A stretch of DNA of 64,000 nucleotides from NCBI GenBank assembly GCA_049585415.1, contig JBAUZT010000027.1:993-64992 (forward strand), given 5' to 3'. The translations under genes were made by a program, and so were the position numbers. Positions 17,552 through 26,999 of the stretch are shown piece by piece; the first letter of the stretch is position 1, and every line of letters begins with the position of its first letter. This DNA comes from Thermoplasmata archaeon (lineage in GTDB: Archaea; Thermoplasmatota; Thermoplasmata; Lutacidiplasmatales; UBA184). The notes under the pieces were generated by a model. The model saw only the letters and a program-made list of their open reading frames with translations. It was not told the origin of the DNA and did no database searches.

Positions 17552-19588
17552 GTGAGCGTCACCGTGGCCGCTCGGGTCTCCCCCGTGCTGACAGCCCTGG
17601 TGGACTCCTTCGTCCCCGGGACCGAATCGGCCGCCGCCGGACTCCCGCCCTACCCTGCCGCGAGCGCATTGGGCGTCGACCGGGACATCGCCCAGCTCGT
17701 CGCCGGCCTCCCCGAGGCCCAGCGCACGGAATTCGAGTCGCTGCTGCGCGTGATGGACAGCCGCCTCACGAACCTCTTGCTCACCGGCCGGCCACGGAGG
17801 TTCACTCGGCTCGATCGAGCCGCCCGGGAGGAGTATCTCCGGGGATGGGCTCGCAGCCGTCTGGAGGTGAAACGACGAGGGTTTCAGGCGGGGAAGCGCC
17901 TCACCGCCTGGTGCTACTTTTCCGGGCACGACGCTCGCGGGCGTCATCCCCTCTGGGACCGAGTACACTACGAACCGCCAGTCCCGATTCCGGAACCGCT
18001 CGGTACGGACCCCGGAGCCCGGCCCGTCGTGCCGGATCATGACGAGGACCTCTCGACCGACGTCTGCGTGGTCGGGAGCGGGGCCGGCGGGGGGGTCATC
18101 GCCGAACGCCTGTCGGCCGCGGGGTACCGCGTCGTGGTGCTCGAAGCGGGAGCGTGGATCCCTCCGCACCAGTACCCTCGGAACGAGAGGGAAGGCTTCG
18201 ACCGAATGTATCTCGCTCGCGGGGTGGTCACGACCAGCGACTCGGCGATATCGGTGCTCGCGGGCGAGACTCCGGGAGGGAGCACTGCGATCAACTGGAT
18301 GACCTGCCTACCGCCGCGACGGGAGGCTCGGGCAGAGTGGGCACGCGATGGCGGGATGGTCGAGGCGGACACCCCCGAGTTCGACACCGCGCTGGCCGCG
18401 GTCTCGTCCCGGATGCACGTCTCTCGGGACGAGAGTGCGGTCAATCCGTCCAATGACGCGCTCCGGCGGGGTTGCCGTGCGCTCGGGTTCGTTCAGGGTC
18501 CGGATTGGGACATCCTACCGCGGAACGCGGTCGGATGCGCTCAGCGATGCGGTTTCTGTCCCTTCGGATGTCCGTACGGTGCTCGGCAGTCCACCCTGAA
18601 CACTTTCCTCGCCGATGCAATCGCTCGGGGAGCACGACTCTACTGTTCCACGAGAGCGGAGCTGGTGGAGATTGACGGAGGACGGGCGAACGCGGTCCGT
18701 GCGACGTACCGGTCCGCCGCCGGGTCGCGATCGATCCACGTTCGGGCACGTGCTGTCGTACTCGCGGGGGGAGCGCTCCAGACTCCCGGGTTGCTCCTCC
18801 AATCGGGAGTGCGCTCCTCGGGCGTGGGAGTCGGGCTGCGGCTCGACCCCACTACCTCGATGGTCGGGGAGTTCCCGGCTCCTGTGCGGACCTGGGAAGG
18901 ACCGCCGCAGACCGTGGGAGTCTACCGATTTCAGGCGATGGACCCGGGAGCCCACGGGCCCTGGCTCGAGGTAGCCCCGGCCCATCCGGGACTCGCGGCG
19001 CTCGCGACCCCGTGGGAGAGCGCATCGGACTTCCTACGGCTGCTTGAGCGCATTGAGTTCGTGGCGACCCCGATCGTCCTCGTTCGCGATGTGGGGGAGG
19101 GGCGGGTTCGGGTCGACCGAAACGGCTGCCCGATCCTCGACTATCAACTTCAGCCCCGCGACCGGGTCAACCTCGTTCGCGGCTTAGTGGAAACCGCGCG
19201 GATCATGACGGCCGCGGGAGCGACCCGGCTGCTCTCCCTCAATACTCCGTACGTCGAGGTGGGGGATGGCAAGCGCCCAGTGACCTCGAGCGAACTGGAC
19301 CGGTTCCTAGACGCGATCGAGCGAGCGGGCATTCGCCCCCACTCCGTCGCACTGTTTTCTGCGCATCCCATGGGATCGGCTCGGGCGGGTATGGACCCGC
19401 GACACTCCGCAGCGAGGCCGACGGGGGAGGTCCATGGAGTGGAGGGTCTCTGGGTCGGCGACGGCAGCCTATTGCCGAGCGCCCCCGGAGCGAACCCGAT
19501 GATCTCCATCCTCGCGTGCGCTTGGCGAACCGCCGGGCACCTTGTAGAACGGCTCGCCGGCTCCCCGAGGTCTGGGACGAGCGATTAG
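17552..19588 (+). CDS. GMC-family FAD oxidoreductase with a long N-terminal extension (long-chain alcohol oxidase-like)
   Basis: FAD Rossmann motif VVGSGAGGGVIAERL. C-terminal GMC motif GLWVGDGSLLPSAPGANPM. Confidence 0.8.
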   Translation: MSVTVAARVSPVLTALVDSFVPGTESAAAGLPPYPAASALGVDRDIAQLVAGLPEAQRTEFESLLRVMDSRLTNLLLTGRPRRFTRLDRAAREEYLRGWARSRLEVKRRGFQAGKRLTAWCYFSGHDARGRHPLWDRVHYEPPVPIPEPLGTDPGARPVVPDHDEDLSTDVCVVGSGAGGGVIAERLSAAGYRVVVLEAGAWIPPHQYPRNEREGFDRMYLARGVVTTSDSAISVLAGETPGGSTAINWMTCLPPRREARAEWARDGGMVEADTPEFDTALAAVSSRMHVSRDESAVNPSNDALRRGCRALGFVQGPDWDILPRNAVGCAQRCGFCPFGCPYGARQSTLNTFLADAIARGARLYCSTRAELVEIDGGRANAVRATYRSAAGSRSIHVRARAVVLAGGALQTPGLLLQSGVRSSGVGVGLRLDPTTSMVGEFPAPVRTWEGPPQTVGVYRFQAMDPGAHGPWLEVAPAHPGLAALATPWESASDFLRLLERIEFVATPIVLVRDVGEGRVRVDRNGCPILDYQLQPRDRVNLVRGLVETARIMTAAGATRLLSLNTPYVEVGDGKRPVTSSELDRFLDAIERAGIRPHSVALFSAHPMGSARAGMDPRHSAARPTGEVHGVEGLWVGDGSLLPSAPGANPMISILACAWRTAGHLVERLAGSPRSGTSD

Positions 19589-19710
19589 GGTGGTCCGAAG
19601 TCGTCGCCGGGCTTCCCCCGTCTTCACGGTCGTAGCAGAGCGCCGCACTCTCGCTCGCCGGCGGTAGCGTTAAGTGGCCCCCCTGGTGGACCGCTCCGAG
19701 AAAGACTTCA

Positions 19711-19920
19711 ATGCCGTTGTGGAAGATCCAGGGGTCCTTCTACGCTCGGCGGGGGTACTGGCAGACCTTCCGTAAGGAGTGTGAGGCGGAAACCGATGCC
19801 GCAGCTCGGGAGTGGGCCCTTTCGGAGATCGGGAGTTGCCATCACGTTAAGCGCCACCAGATACGGATCGACCAGCTCGCCCCTGCCGAAGTGGCGGAAG
19901 CACGAGTCGAGCCTCAGTGA
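19711..19920 (+). CDS. Hypothetical small protein (69 aa) in a 600-bp intergenic gap
   Basis: Only non-Arg-biased ORF in the gap. No motif recognised. Confidence 0.25.
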   Translation: MPLWKIQGSFYARRGYWQTFRKECEAETDAAAREWALSEIGSCHHVKRHQIRIDQLAPAEVAEARVEPQ

Positions 19921-20184
19921 CGGGACCGCTCTCCAACCCCCCCGCCGCTGTTCCGCGTTCCTCGAGTTAGGAGATTGGAATCGCGACGGATCGACGCCCT
20001 CACCGCCGGAAATGAGAGATCGCCGGGCGCGCTAGATCTGTTGCACTCAGGCTTCGATTTCGCGCCTTGACGTCGGGGCCGCCGCCGGAATCCCCCTCCA
20101 GTAGGACGGCATACGTGTACGTGTCTATCCGCAGAAGCGGGACCTTAAGACCTGATGGTTGTTCGTCGCGGCCGAGGTCCTTAG

Positions 20185-22800
20185 ATGTCGTACCACAGCA
20201 AGATTCTGCTCCTGGTCGTGGCCGCGGTTGCCGTAACGATGGTGCTGCCGGGGACTTCGGCGCTCCACAGCGGGGTTTCGGGGGGAGCCACCCCGGCCGC
20301 TTCGGTGTCGATCGCGCCCGCCTCCTCGGTCGTCGCGACCAGCGCACTCTCGGCCGCTGGCCCCTCCGCTGCGAGCTCTGCCGCCGCCGTCTCGTCCGCT
20401 ACGGCGGTAGCCGCGGGTACCCAGGGCCGAGTGCTGAGCGAACTCAAAGCGCTGAATGCTCCGATGAAGGATGTGTTCCTTCCGAATTTTGCGCCTGACG
20501 TTTCGATTCAGGGAGGTGTGGTCACGCCGTTGTACGACAACACCCCGGCGCCGATGGGGATCGGGGACTTCGGGGTCGTCGACCAGAGCGGTCACAATGT
20601 CGCGACGGTCACCTACGCGCCCAGCGTGAAAGCGTCGGTAACCCTCAACAACGTCGACCCGGTCTATGTCACCTCTTCGGCGCCGGACGAGTTCACAATG
20701 CAGCTCAACACCGTCGCGTCGAACATCGACCTCTTCGGCAGTGACAGCTACCAGTTCTGGCTCCAGAACGTTCCGATCTACTCCGAGACGACGCAGACGC
20801 TCTCCTTCGAGGACAACGTCTGGAACTTCTCGAACCCCTCCACCACGTTCCAGGCCAGCTCGATCTACGCTCATGGTCCGGGCGGGTTCGTCGATGGGAA
20901 CTTGGCCTACATTGCGGTGGGACCGAGCTTCCACGTCCCCACCCCGTTCACCGTCGTCATTTACAACAACCTCACCCTGGTCGACGGTCGATCGACGGTG
21001 TTCTTCAACTACACGGTGATCCCGTCCACCGGCAGTCCGTTCTCGGGCTCCTACGACTTCGTCGAGTTCAACTCGACGCCCGAGGTCACCGGGCCCGCGC
21101 CCCAGCCGGTTAACGAGATCAACGGCGGGCAGGTCAACCCCACCGGATTCCTCTTGGACGACGCGGAGATCATGCTTGGCGGTCCTGGCGGCGGGTCGAC
21201 GACCACGCTCTTCAACATCGCGGGGTCGATGGGGCTCTGGCTCCTTCCGAACGGGTCGAAGACCTACAAGACCGTCCCTTCCGCCTACGACTTCGGGACC
21301 GACACGGGCGAGACGTCCGAAGGGATCGCCGAATACGCGACCACTGGCAGCAGCCACACGGCCGAGCTCGGGAGCGGACCGTCGATGCTCTACGGCCTTT
21401 GGGGCCTCGTCGGCGCACACCCGGGCAAGGAAACGATCACCCTGGACCTCTCCCCGTCGAACGCGTTCGTCTTCGCGAGCCCCGGCGCCACGTTCAACGA
21501 GAGCGCGGCCGGCTGGGGACCCACGCCGGTAACGGGACCCGCGGTCTACCAGCTCCCGCCGGGAGCGTACAGTTTCGAGTACCTCCTGGCCGACCACAAC
21601 CCCGCGGCGGCGACCTACGGTTCGAGCGGGACGTGGACGGTCTCCCTCAGTTCGAACCCGTCGCTCGGCGACTACACACCGCTGTGGGCGGAGTCGAACA
21701 GTCAGCTGGCCGGGATCTCTCAAGGAGGGAAGGGGACCTCGGGGAATCCGTACGTCCTCGACAACGGACCCGCGAACATCAACCCGCTCTTCGGAGAGGT
21801 GAACGATTATGACTTCCAGGTGTTCCCGGGCATCTACCTGCTCGGCACGACCGCGTTCGTGACGGCGGCGGATCTGCCAGCGTTCCAGGTGACGTACCTT
21901 CCGAGCCAGATCGCGGGTGCCCGGCTGATTCAGGACGGCCTGCCGCTCACCGACCAGCTGAACGTCGAGCTCTACGAGACCTCCCACGTGTCGATCATCG
22001 ACAGCGATCAGCTCTCGGGATGGTTCGCGGCGTTCGGCTCGTTCGGGGAGCCCGCAACGATCTACTTGTGGGGCGCCACGAACACCCTCATCGCCGACAA
22101 CACGTTCTACGTGGAGTCGGACGGGATCACGGCGGCCGGCTACAATGCGACGGACGGCGGGCACAACCTGATCTGGGGGAACGTCTTCTACCCGGAGCCG
22201 GTGGTATCCCCGAGCTCGGCCTTTATCCTCAACTACGGACTCTTCCCCGCCTTCTGGGAGTTCGAGTCGCTGGACGTGGTCTTCAACAACGCGTTCCTCA
22301 CCCCGATCACGGCGGTCAACTTCCAGGAGAACTTCTACACGGGAGCGGGGCAGCTCAATCACGACCAGTGGAACGTGAAGGTCCAGCCCTCGACCGACGT
22401 CCGCGCGAAGAACGGTTTCGATCTCTCGGGGAGCATTCTCGGACTGAGCTGGGAGGGTGGAAACTACTGGGCCAACTACGGTACCCCGCAAGACCCGTAC
22501 GGAGTGCTACCCTACAACGACGGTGGCCTCATCCAGTTGGGCGGGGACTCTCACCCCTTGATCCCGTTCACGCTCTACGACGTCCGGTTCACCGAGACCG
22601 GTCTACCGTCCGGAAGCGCGTGGTCGGTCACGATCAACGGCTACACGCAGACCACAACCGGAAAGTCGATCACGTTCGTGGAACCGAACGGGACTTACGC
22701 CTTTGTGGTCACTCCGCCGGCCGGGTTCACCGCGAGCCCTTCGGTCGGCGGCCTGATTGTGGCAGGGTTGAACGTCCTCGAAAAGATCGGGTTCACCTGA
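20185..22800 (+). CDS. Large secreted cell-surface protein, sequon-rich, with parallel beta-helix (NosD/pectin-lyase-like) repeats
   Basis: N-terminal signal/anchor (KILLLVVAAVAVTMVLPG). Ser/Ala/Thr linker. More than 20 N-x-S/T sequons. Repeated GxN/NxxF beta-helix-like rungs (NNTFYVESDG..., NLIWGNVFY...). Confidence 0.75.
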   Translation: MSYHSKILLLVVAAVAVTMVLPGTSALHSGVSGGATPAASVSIAPASSVVATSALSAAGPSAASSAAAVSSATAVAAGTQGRVLSELKALNAPMKDVFLPNFAPDVSIQGGVVTPLYDNTPAPMGIGDFGVVDQSGHNVATVTYAPSVKASVTLNNVDPVYVTSSAPDEFTMQLNTVASNIDLFGSDSYQFWLQNVPIYSETTQTLSFEDNVWNFSNPSTTFQASSIYAHGPGGFVDGNLAYIAVGPSFHVPTPFTVVIYNNLTLVDGRSTVFFNYTVIPSTGSPFSGSYDFVEFNSTPEVTGPAPQPVNEINGGQVNPTGFLLDDAEIMLGGPGGGSTTTLFNIAGSMGLWLLPNGSKTYKTVPSAYDFGTDTGETSEGIAEYATTGSSHTAELGSGPSMLYGLWGLVGAHPGKETITLDLSPSNAFVFASPGATFNESAAGWGPTPVTGPAVYQLPPGAYSFEYLLADHNPAAATYGSSGTWTVSLSSNPSLGDYTPLWAESNSQLAGISQGGKGTSGNPYVLDNGPANINPLFGEVNDYDFQVFPGIYLLGTTAFVTAADLPAFQVTYLPSQIAGARLIQDGLPLTDQLNVELYETSHVSIIDSDQLSGWFAAFGSFGEPATIYLWGATNTLIADNTFYVESDGITAAGYNATDGGHNLIWGNVFYPEPVVSPSSAFILNYGLFPAFWEFESLDVVFNNAFLTPITAVNFQENFYTGAGQLNHDQWNVKVQPSTDVRAKNGFDLSGSILGLSWEGGNYWANYGTPQDPYGVLPYNDGGLIQLGGDSHPLIPFTLYDVRFTETGLPSGSAWSVTINGYTQTTTGKSITFVEPNGTYAFVVTPPAGFTASPSVGGLIVAGLNVLEKIGFT

Positions 22801-23096
22801 GGAGACACGGGGAGGCTCCGAACCCACGGATCCGGCACAAATCCCCACGACCAACCCATTCTCCCCATCTTTCAAACCCCGCGCCGACCCACTTCTGACG
22901 CGCGCGACTGGCTTGCCCCGACACCCGCACGGGGTGTGAACCGCTCCCGGACCTCGGATCTCCGAGAGAGACCCTCGAGTTGACCTCACTTCGCTAACCA
23001 GCGGCCCCCCCGGCTCGGACGAATTCGCACATCGCGAACGGATCGAACCGGGGGCCTCCGGTAGGTCCCTCAGGAAGAACCGTTAAGTCGCCGACG

Positions 23097-23588
23097 GTGT
23101 CCCCCCGGAGGTCCATGGCTCAACGAGACCCCGAGTCGAAGGAATCGGCTCCTACGGAACAGCAGGTGCAGGAGGACCTGATGCGCCTCGAGGCGTATCG
23201 GAACCAGCTGAACGCGCTGATCCAGCAGTACCAGATCCTCACCGCCTCCCGTTCGGAACACGCGCGCGCGAGGGAGAGTCTCGAGGGAGTGGACCGCACG
23301 ACGGCCGACGCCTCGCTGCTGATCCCGTTGGGGGGCGAGACGTACGTCCGGGGGTCGATCGAGCGCGACGCGCCGGTGCTGATCGGCGTCGGCTCGGGGG
23401 TCGTCGTCGAGATGAACCGCGCGCAGGTCACCGAACTGTTGGCCGAGCGACTCACCCGCATCGAGCAGGCCACCCGCGACATCGAGACGCAGATGTCCGC
23501 GCTCGACGAGCGGATCCAGATCATGTCGCGCCGACTCGACGAGATCGCTCGGTCCGGCTCGGCGGGCTCGGATGTGGGCCGCAATTAA
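23097..23588 (+). CDS. pfdA: Prefoldin alpha subunit
   Basis: Coiled-coil, then LLIPLGGETYVRGSIERDAPVLIGVGSGVVVEM hairpins, then coiled-coil. Alternative in-frame ATG starts lie at 23115 and 23181. Confidence 0.8.
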   Translation: MSPRRSMAQRDPESKESAPTEQQVQEDLMRLEAYRNQLNALIQQYQILTASRSEHARARESLEGVDRTTADASLLIPLGGETYVRGSIERDAPVLIGVGSGVVVEMNRAQVTELLAERLTRIEQATRDIETQMSALDERIQIMSRRLDEIARSGSAGSDVGRN

Positions 23589-24636
23589 GGCGCGGCTCCG
23601 CCGCACCGAAGCGGAGCCGGCGCCCCCCTCGACCCCGGCCACGACTCCCGCGCAGCCGACGACACCCGCGGCAAAGCCCGCGACCCCCAGTGGGAAGCCT
23701 CCGACGACCGCCGCAAAGCCGGCGGCGATCCCCGTGATGGCGGACGACTCCGAGATGTTCACCGAGGGTTTCCTCGGACGGCGGCTCACCGAGGGGTCGA
23801 TCGAGGAGGTCCTGGACGACCTGGAGATCGTGCTGCTCCAATCGGACGTCGCACTGCGCGTGGTCGAGCGCCTTCGCCGCGACCTAAGGAAGGAGCTCAC
23901 GGGCCGCAAGCTCCGGATGGGCGTCGACGCGGAGGAGGCGATCCGAACGTGTCTCGAGCGTTCCGCTCGATCGATGCTCGAGCGACCGAAGATCGACCTC
24001 GTTTCGGCGATCCGGTCGCAGACCCCGAAGCCGTACACCATCCTCTTCGTGGGCGTGAACGGGACGGGAAAGACCACCACGGTCGCGAAGTTCGCCGGCT
24101 GGTTGCGAGCGCAGGGCCTCTCGAGCGTCATCGCCGCCGGCGACACCTTCCGCGCCGGGGCGATCGAGCAACTGCTCGTCCACGGCGAGCGACTTGGGAT
24201 CCGCGTCGTCCGTCAGCAGGAGGGGAGCGACCCGGCCGCCGTGGCGTTCGACGCCGTCCAGCACGCGCGCGCGAAGGGGGTGGACGTCGTCCTGGTCGAC
24301 ACCGCCGGTCGGCAGCACACGAACGAGAACCTGATCGAGGAGGCGAAAAAGATCCGGCGGGTCGTCGCCCCCGCGCTGACGGTGTTCGTCGGCGACGCGC
24401 TGAGCGGCAACGATGTCCTCGAGCAGGCTCGGCTCTTCGACAAGGAGATCGGGGTGGACGGACTCATCCTCACGAAGCTCGACGCGGACACGAAGGGCGG
24501 AGCCGCGCTGAGCGCGACCTACGTCACGAAGAAGCCGATCCTGTTCGTCGGCGTCGGGCAAGGATACGGAGATTTCCGGCCGTTCGACCCGGAGTGGCTC
24601 GTTCGACGGCTCTTTGACGAGGGGACGGCGGGGTGA
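23572..24636 (+). CDS. ftsY: Signal recognition particle receptor FtsY
   Basis: NG domain: GVNGTGKTTT, DTAGRQH, TKLDADTKGG. The N-terminal region is Ala/Pro/Thr-rich. The stop overlaps the next gene by 4 nt. Confidence 0.9.
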   Translation: MWAAIKARLRRTEAEPAPPSTPATTPAQPTTPAAKPATPSGKPPTTAAKPAAIPVMADDSEMFTEGFLGRRLTEGSIEEVLDDLEIVLLQSDVALRVVERLRRDLRKELTGRKLRMGVDAEEAIRTCLERSARSMLERPKIDLVSAIRSQTPKPYTILFVGVNGTGKTTTVAKFAGWLRAQGLSSVIAAGDTFRAGAIEQLLVHGERLGIRVVRQQEGSDPAAVAFDAVQHARAKGVDVVLVDTAGRQHTNENLIEEAKKIRRVVAPALTVFVGDALSGNDVLEQARLFDKEIGVDGLILTKLDADTKGGAALSATYVTKKPILFVGVGQGYGDFRPFDPEWLVRRLFDEGTAG

Positions 24637-25382
24637 CGGCCCGGGTCGACGTCGTCCTCGTCCGACCGAAGGAGGACGGGAACGTGGGCGCGGTCGCGCG
24701 CCTCGCCCGCAACTTTGGCGCGGAGCGACTCGTCCTCGTCGCCCCCCGCGCCCCGCTCGGCCCGGAAGCGCGCCGACGCTCGATGGGCGGGATCGCGCTC
24801 CTCACTTCCGCGCGGAAGGTGCCGTCGTTCGCCCGGGCGATCGAGGACGCGGACCTGGTGGTCGGAACGACCGACATGTCGACCGGGCGCTCGAGCGCCT
24901 ACCTGCGTCGCTCGATGTCCCCGGAGCGCCTCGGGGAGCTCCTCGTTCCGGTCTCGGGGCGCGTCGCGGTCGTCTTCGGACCCGAGGACAACGGGCTCTC
25001 CCGGAGCGAGCTCGCGCGCTGCGACCTCCTCGTACATATCCCCGCGCGCCGCGAGTTCCCGACCCTCAACCTCTCCCACGCGGCCGCGGTGGTGCTTTAC
25101 GCCGTTCATCGAGCCCGGGGCACCGCCGACCCCGAGACGACGCCCGCCCCGCTCGAACTTCTGCTCGACGGGACGGAAAAGGAGCTGTTTCTGGCCCGGA
25201 CGGAGGCCCTCTTGACCCGGATTGGCTACCCGGCGCACAAACGACGGGGTTTAATCCTCCTGTTTCGTCGTGTCCTCGGCCGAGCGACGCCTACTGAGGC
25301 GGAGTATCGGATGATGCTCGGGCTCTTTCGGAGCCTCGAGCGTTCCATGAATCGGGGAACCCATGGGCGAAGGCAACGGTGA
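24633..25382 (+). CDS. SpoU/TrmH-family (SPOUT) RNA 2'-O-methyltransferase
   Basis: SPOUT motifs (VVFGPEDNGLS, LNLSHAAAVVLY). Confidence 0.75.
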   Translation: MTARVDVVLVRPKEDGNVGAVARLARNFGAERLVLVAPRAPLGPEARRRSMGGIALLTSARKVPSFARAIEDADLVVGTTDMSTGRSSAYLRRSMSPERLGELLVPVSGRVAVVFGPEDNGLSRSELARCDLLVHIPARREFPTLNLSHAAAVVLYAVHRARGTADPETTPAPLELLLDGTEKELFLARTEALLTRIGYPAHKRRGLILLFRRVLGRATPTEAEYRMMLGLFRSLERSMNRGTHGRRQR

Positions 25383-25794
25383 TTGGCTGCGGGTCCGGGG
25401 CATCGGCCGCGAGCGGTTCGCCGGATACCTCGCCGATTACCTGGGCACGATCGGCTACGCCGTCGAACGCACGGAGTCGACGGAACCGTCGCTGAGCCGG
25501 GTGCGCGGACGTCTCGAGAAGATGAACCCCGCGGTGCCGCCCGTCGCGAGGGAGCTCGCCTTCCGATTCTATCCGACCAGCGGTGGGGCGGCCCTGGTCT
25601 GGGAAGTTCCCTTGGAGATCCCGACCGAGGAGCGGCCCCGGATGGACCGACTCGTGGCCGAGATCTCGAGCCACCTGATCCGCGCCGTGGCGACGGAGAG
25701 CCACGCCACCGCGAAGGTCCTGACCCCCGCCGATTCGCGTCTCCCTTGGCAGGGGAACGGACGGGCCGCGACGAGCGACCCGGTCGCCCCGTAG
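25363..25794 (+). CDS. Hypothetical protein (143 aa)
   Basis: Protein-like composition in a 450-bp gap. No motif recognised. Confidence 0.35.
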   Translation: MGEGNGDWLRVRGIGRERFAGYLADYLGTIGYAVERTESTEPSLSRVRGRLEKMNPAVPPVARELAFRFYPTSGGAALVWEVPLEIPTEERPRMDRLVAEISSHLIRAVATESHATAKVLTPADSRLPWQGNGRAATSDPVAP

Positions 25795-25831
25795 CTTTAT
25801 AATCCGCACCCGGGTCGCCCCGCCGCTTTCC

Positions 25832-26446
25832 ATGAGCACTTCCGCGTATCGTTACATGGCCCGCTCGTTCCGCCAGACCCTGGGCGAGGAAGGGGCGGCG
25901 CTCCGGCACGAACGCTTGCTCACCTGGCGTCTCCAGAACACCGTCACCCGGCTCGAGCACCCGACCCGGCTCGACCGGGCGCGCGCGCTCGGCTTCAAGG
26001 CGAAGGGGGGATTCGTCCTCGTTCGCGTTCGGGTGCGCCGCGGCGGTCAGCGGAAGCGGGAGATCATCGCCGGGCGTCGCCCGAAGCACAAGGGCGTCGC
26101 GCGGATGACGCTCAAAAAGAGCCTCCGGCGAATCGCCGAAGAGCGCGCCGCGAAGCACTTCCCGAATCTCGAAGTCTTGAATTCGTACTGGGTCGGCGAG
26201 GACGGGAAGCAGAAGTTCTTCGAGATCATCCTCATCGACCCATCCTCCCCGGAGATCCTTTCCGACCCCCAGACCGCTTGGATCGCGGCCGGAGTGCAGA
26301 AGGGACGCGTCTTCCGCGGGCTCACGAGCTCGGGGAAGGAAGGACGCGGTCTCCGCTGGAAGGGCAAGGGCACGGAGCGGTTCCGGCCGTCCTACCAGCG
26401 CAACCGTCGGAACGTGCGCCGCACGCAGTCGAAGGTCATCCCCTAG
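25832..26446 (+). CDS. rpl15e: 50S ribosomal protein L15e
   Basis: Characteristic basic sequence throughout (FKAKGGFVLVRVRVRRGG..., PSYQRNRR). Confidence 0.9.
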   Translation: MSTSAYRYMARSFRQTLGEEGAALRHERLLTWRLQNTVTRLEHPTRLDRARALGFKAKGGFVLVRVRVRRGGQRKREIIAGRRPKHKGVARMTLKKSLRRIAEERAAKHFPNLEVLNSYWVGEDGKQKFFEIILIDPSSPEILSDPQTAWIAAGVQKGRVFRGLTSSGKEGRGLRWKGKGTERFRPSYQRNRRNVRRTQSKVIP

Positions 26447-26906
26447 CGTCCGCTCCGTGGGACGATGCGGCGCCCAGGAGCTCGTCGAGGGAGTGCCCGC
26501 TCCGCTCGGCGAGACGGCGCGCCCAGCCGTAGAGGCCCTCGACGTGAACGAGCTCTCCGCGTACGACCCTCGCGAAGCGCCGACGGTAGTCGAGGTCGAG
26601 GGCGAGCCGTTCCGCCTCCAGGAACTCGCGGAGGCGCTGGGCGAGGTGGCCCCCTTCGGTGTCCCAGTCGGTGAGCACGATCACGTGTCGGCTCCTTCCC
26701 ACGAGGTCGTGCGCGGTCCCCGAGAGCGCGCGGCCGTGATGCAGCTTGATGACGGCGCCGGTAAGGCCCAGCCGACGCAACGAGACGAGGTCCCGTTCCC
26801 CTTCCACGACGACGACCGTGCCGGGTTCGGCGCAGTCGGAGCGCAACCGCTCCCACAGTCGCACGAACTCGGCGAGCGGGTCGGAGGCGGCGCGCCCGTT
26901 CCGCAT
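26436..26906 (-). CDS. Small Toprim-domain protein (archaeal primase-like Toprim family)
   Basis: C-terminal 156 codons of track ORF 26436..28037. Toprim motifs VVVVEGERD and IVLTDWDTEG. The upstream part of the track ORF is antisense to the GINS gene. Confidence 0.7.
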   Translation of the reverse strand: MRNGRAASDPLAEFVRLWERLRSDCAEPGTVVVVEGERDLVSLRRLGLTGAVIKLHHGRALSGTAHDLVGRSRHVIVLTDWDTEGGHLAQRLREFLEAERLALDLDYRRRFARVVRGELVHVEGLYGWARRLAERSGHSLDELLGAASSHGADARG

Positions 26907-26999
26907 CTCGACTCCTCCCCCGCGACGATCCTGGGCGCGTCCGGGCGGTGGGAGACCGCACATATCGTATACCCCTAAAGCGTCCCCGACCTCCCACCC

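Noticed and set aside
23030-23060. GGATCGAACC resembling a reverse-complemented tRNA T-loop
   Set aside because: No complementary T-stem or acceptor stem could be built on either strand. The loop would be 6 nt.
22801-23096. SRP-RNA-like helix-8 motif GGTAGGTCCCTCAGGAAGAACC at 23052-23075, just upstream of the pfdA-ftsY operon
   Set aside because: It resembles the archaeal consensus (GUCAGGUCCGGAAGGAAGCAGC). However the apical GNRA tetraloop and the conserved A/C of the internal loop are not preserved. A full-length 7S RNA would overlap pfdA unless that gene starts at 23181. The result is inconclusive without a covariance-model search (Rfam RF01857 or RF00169).
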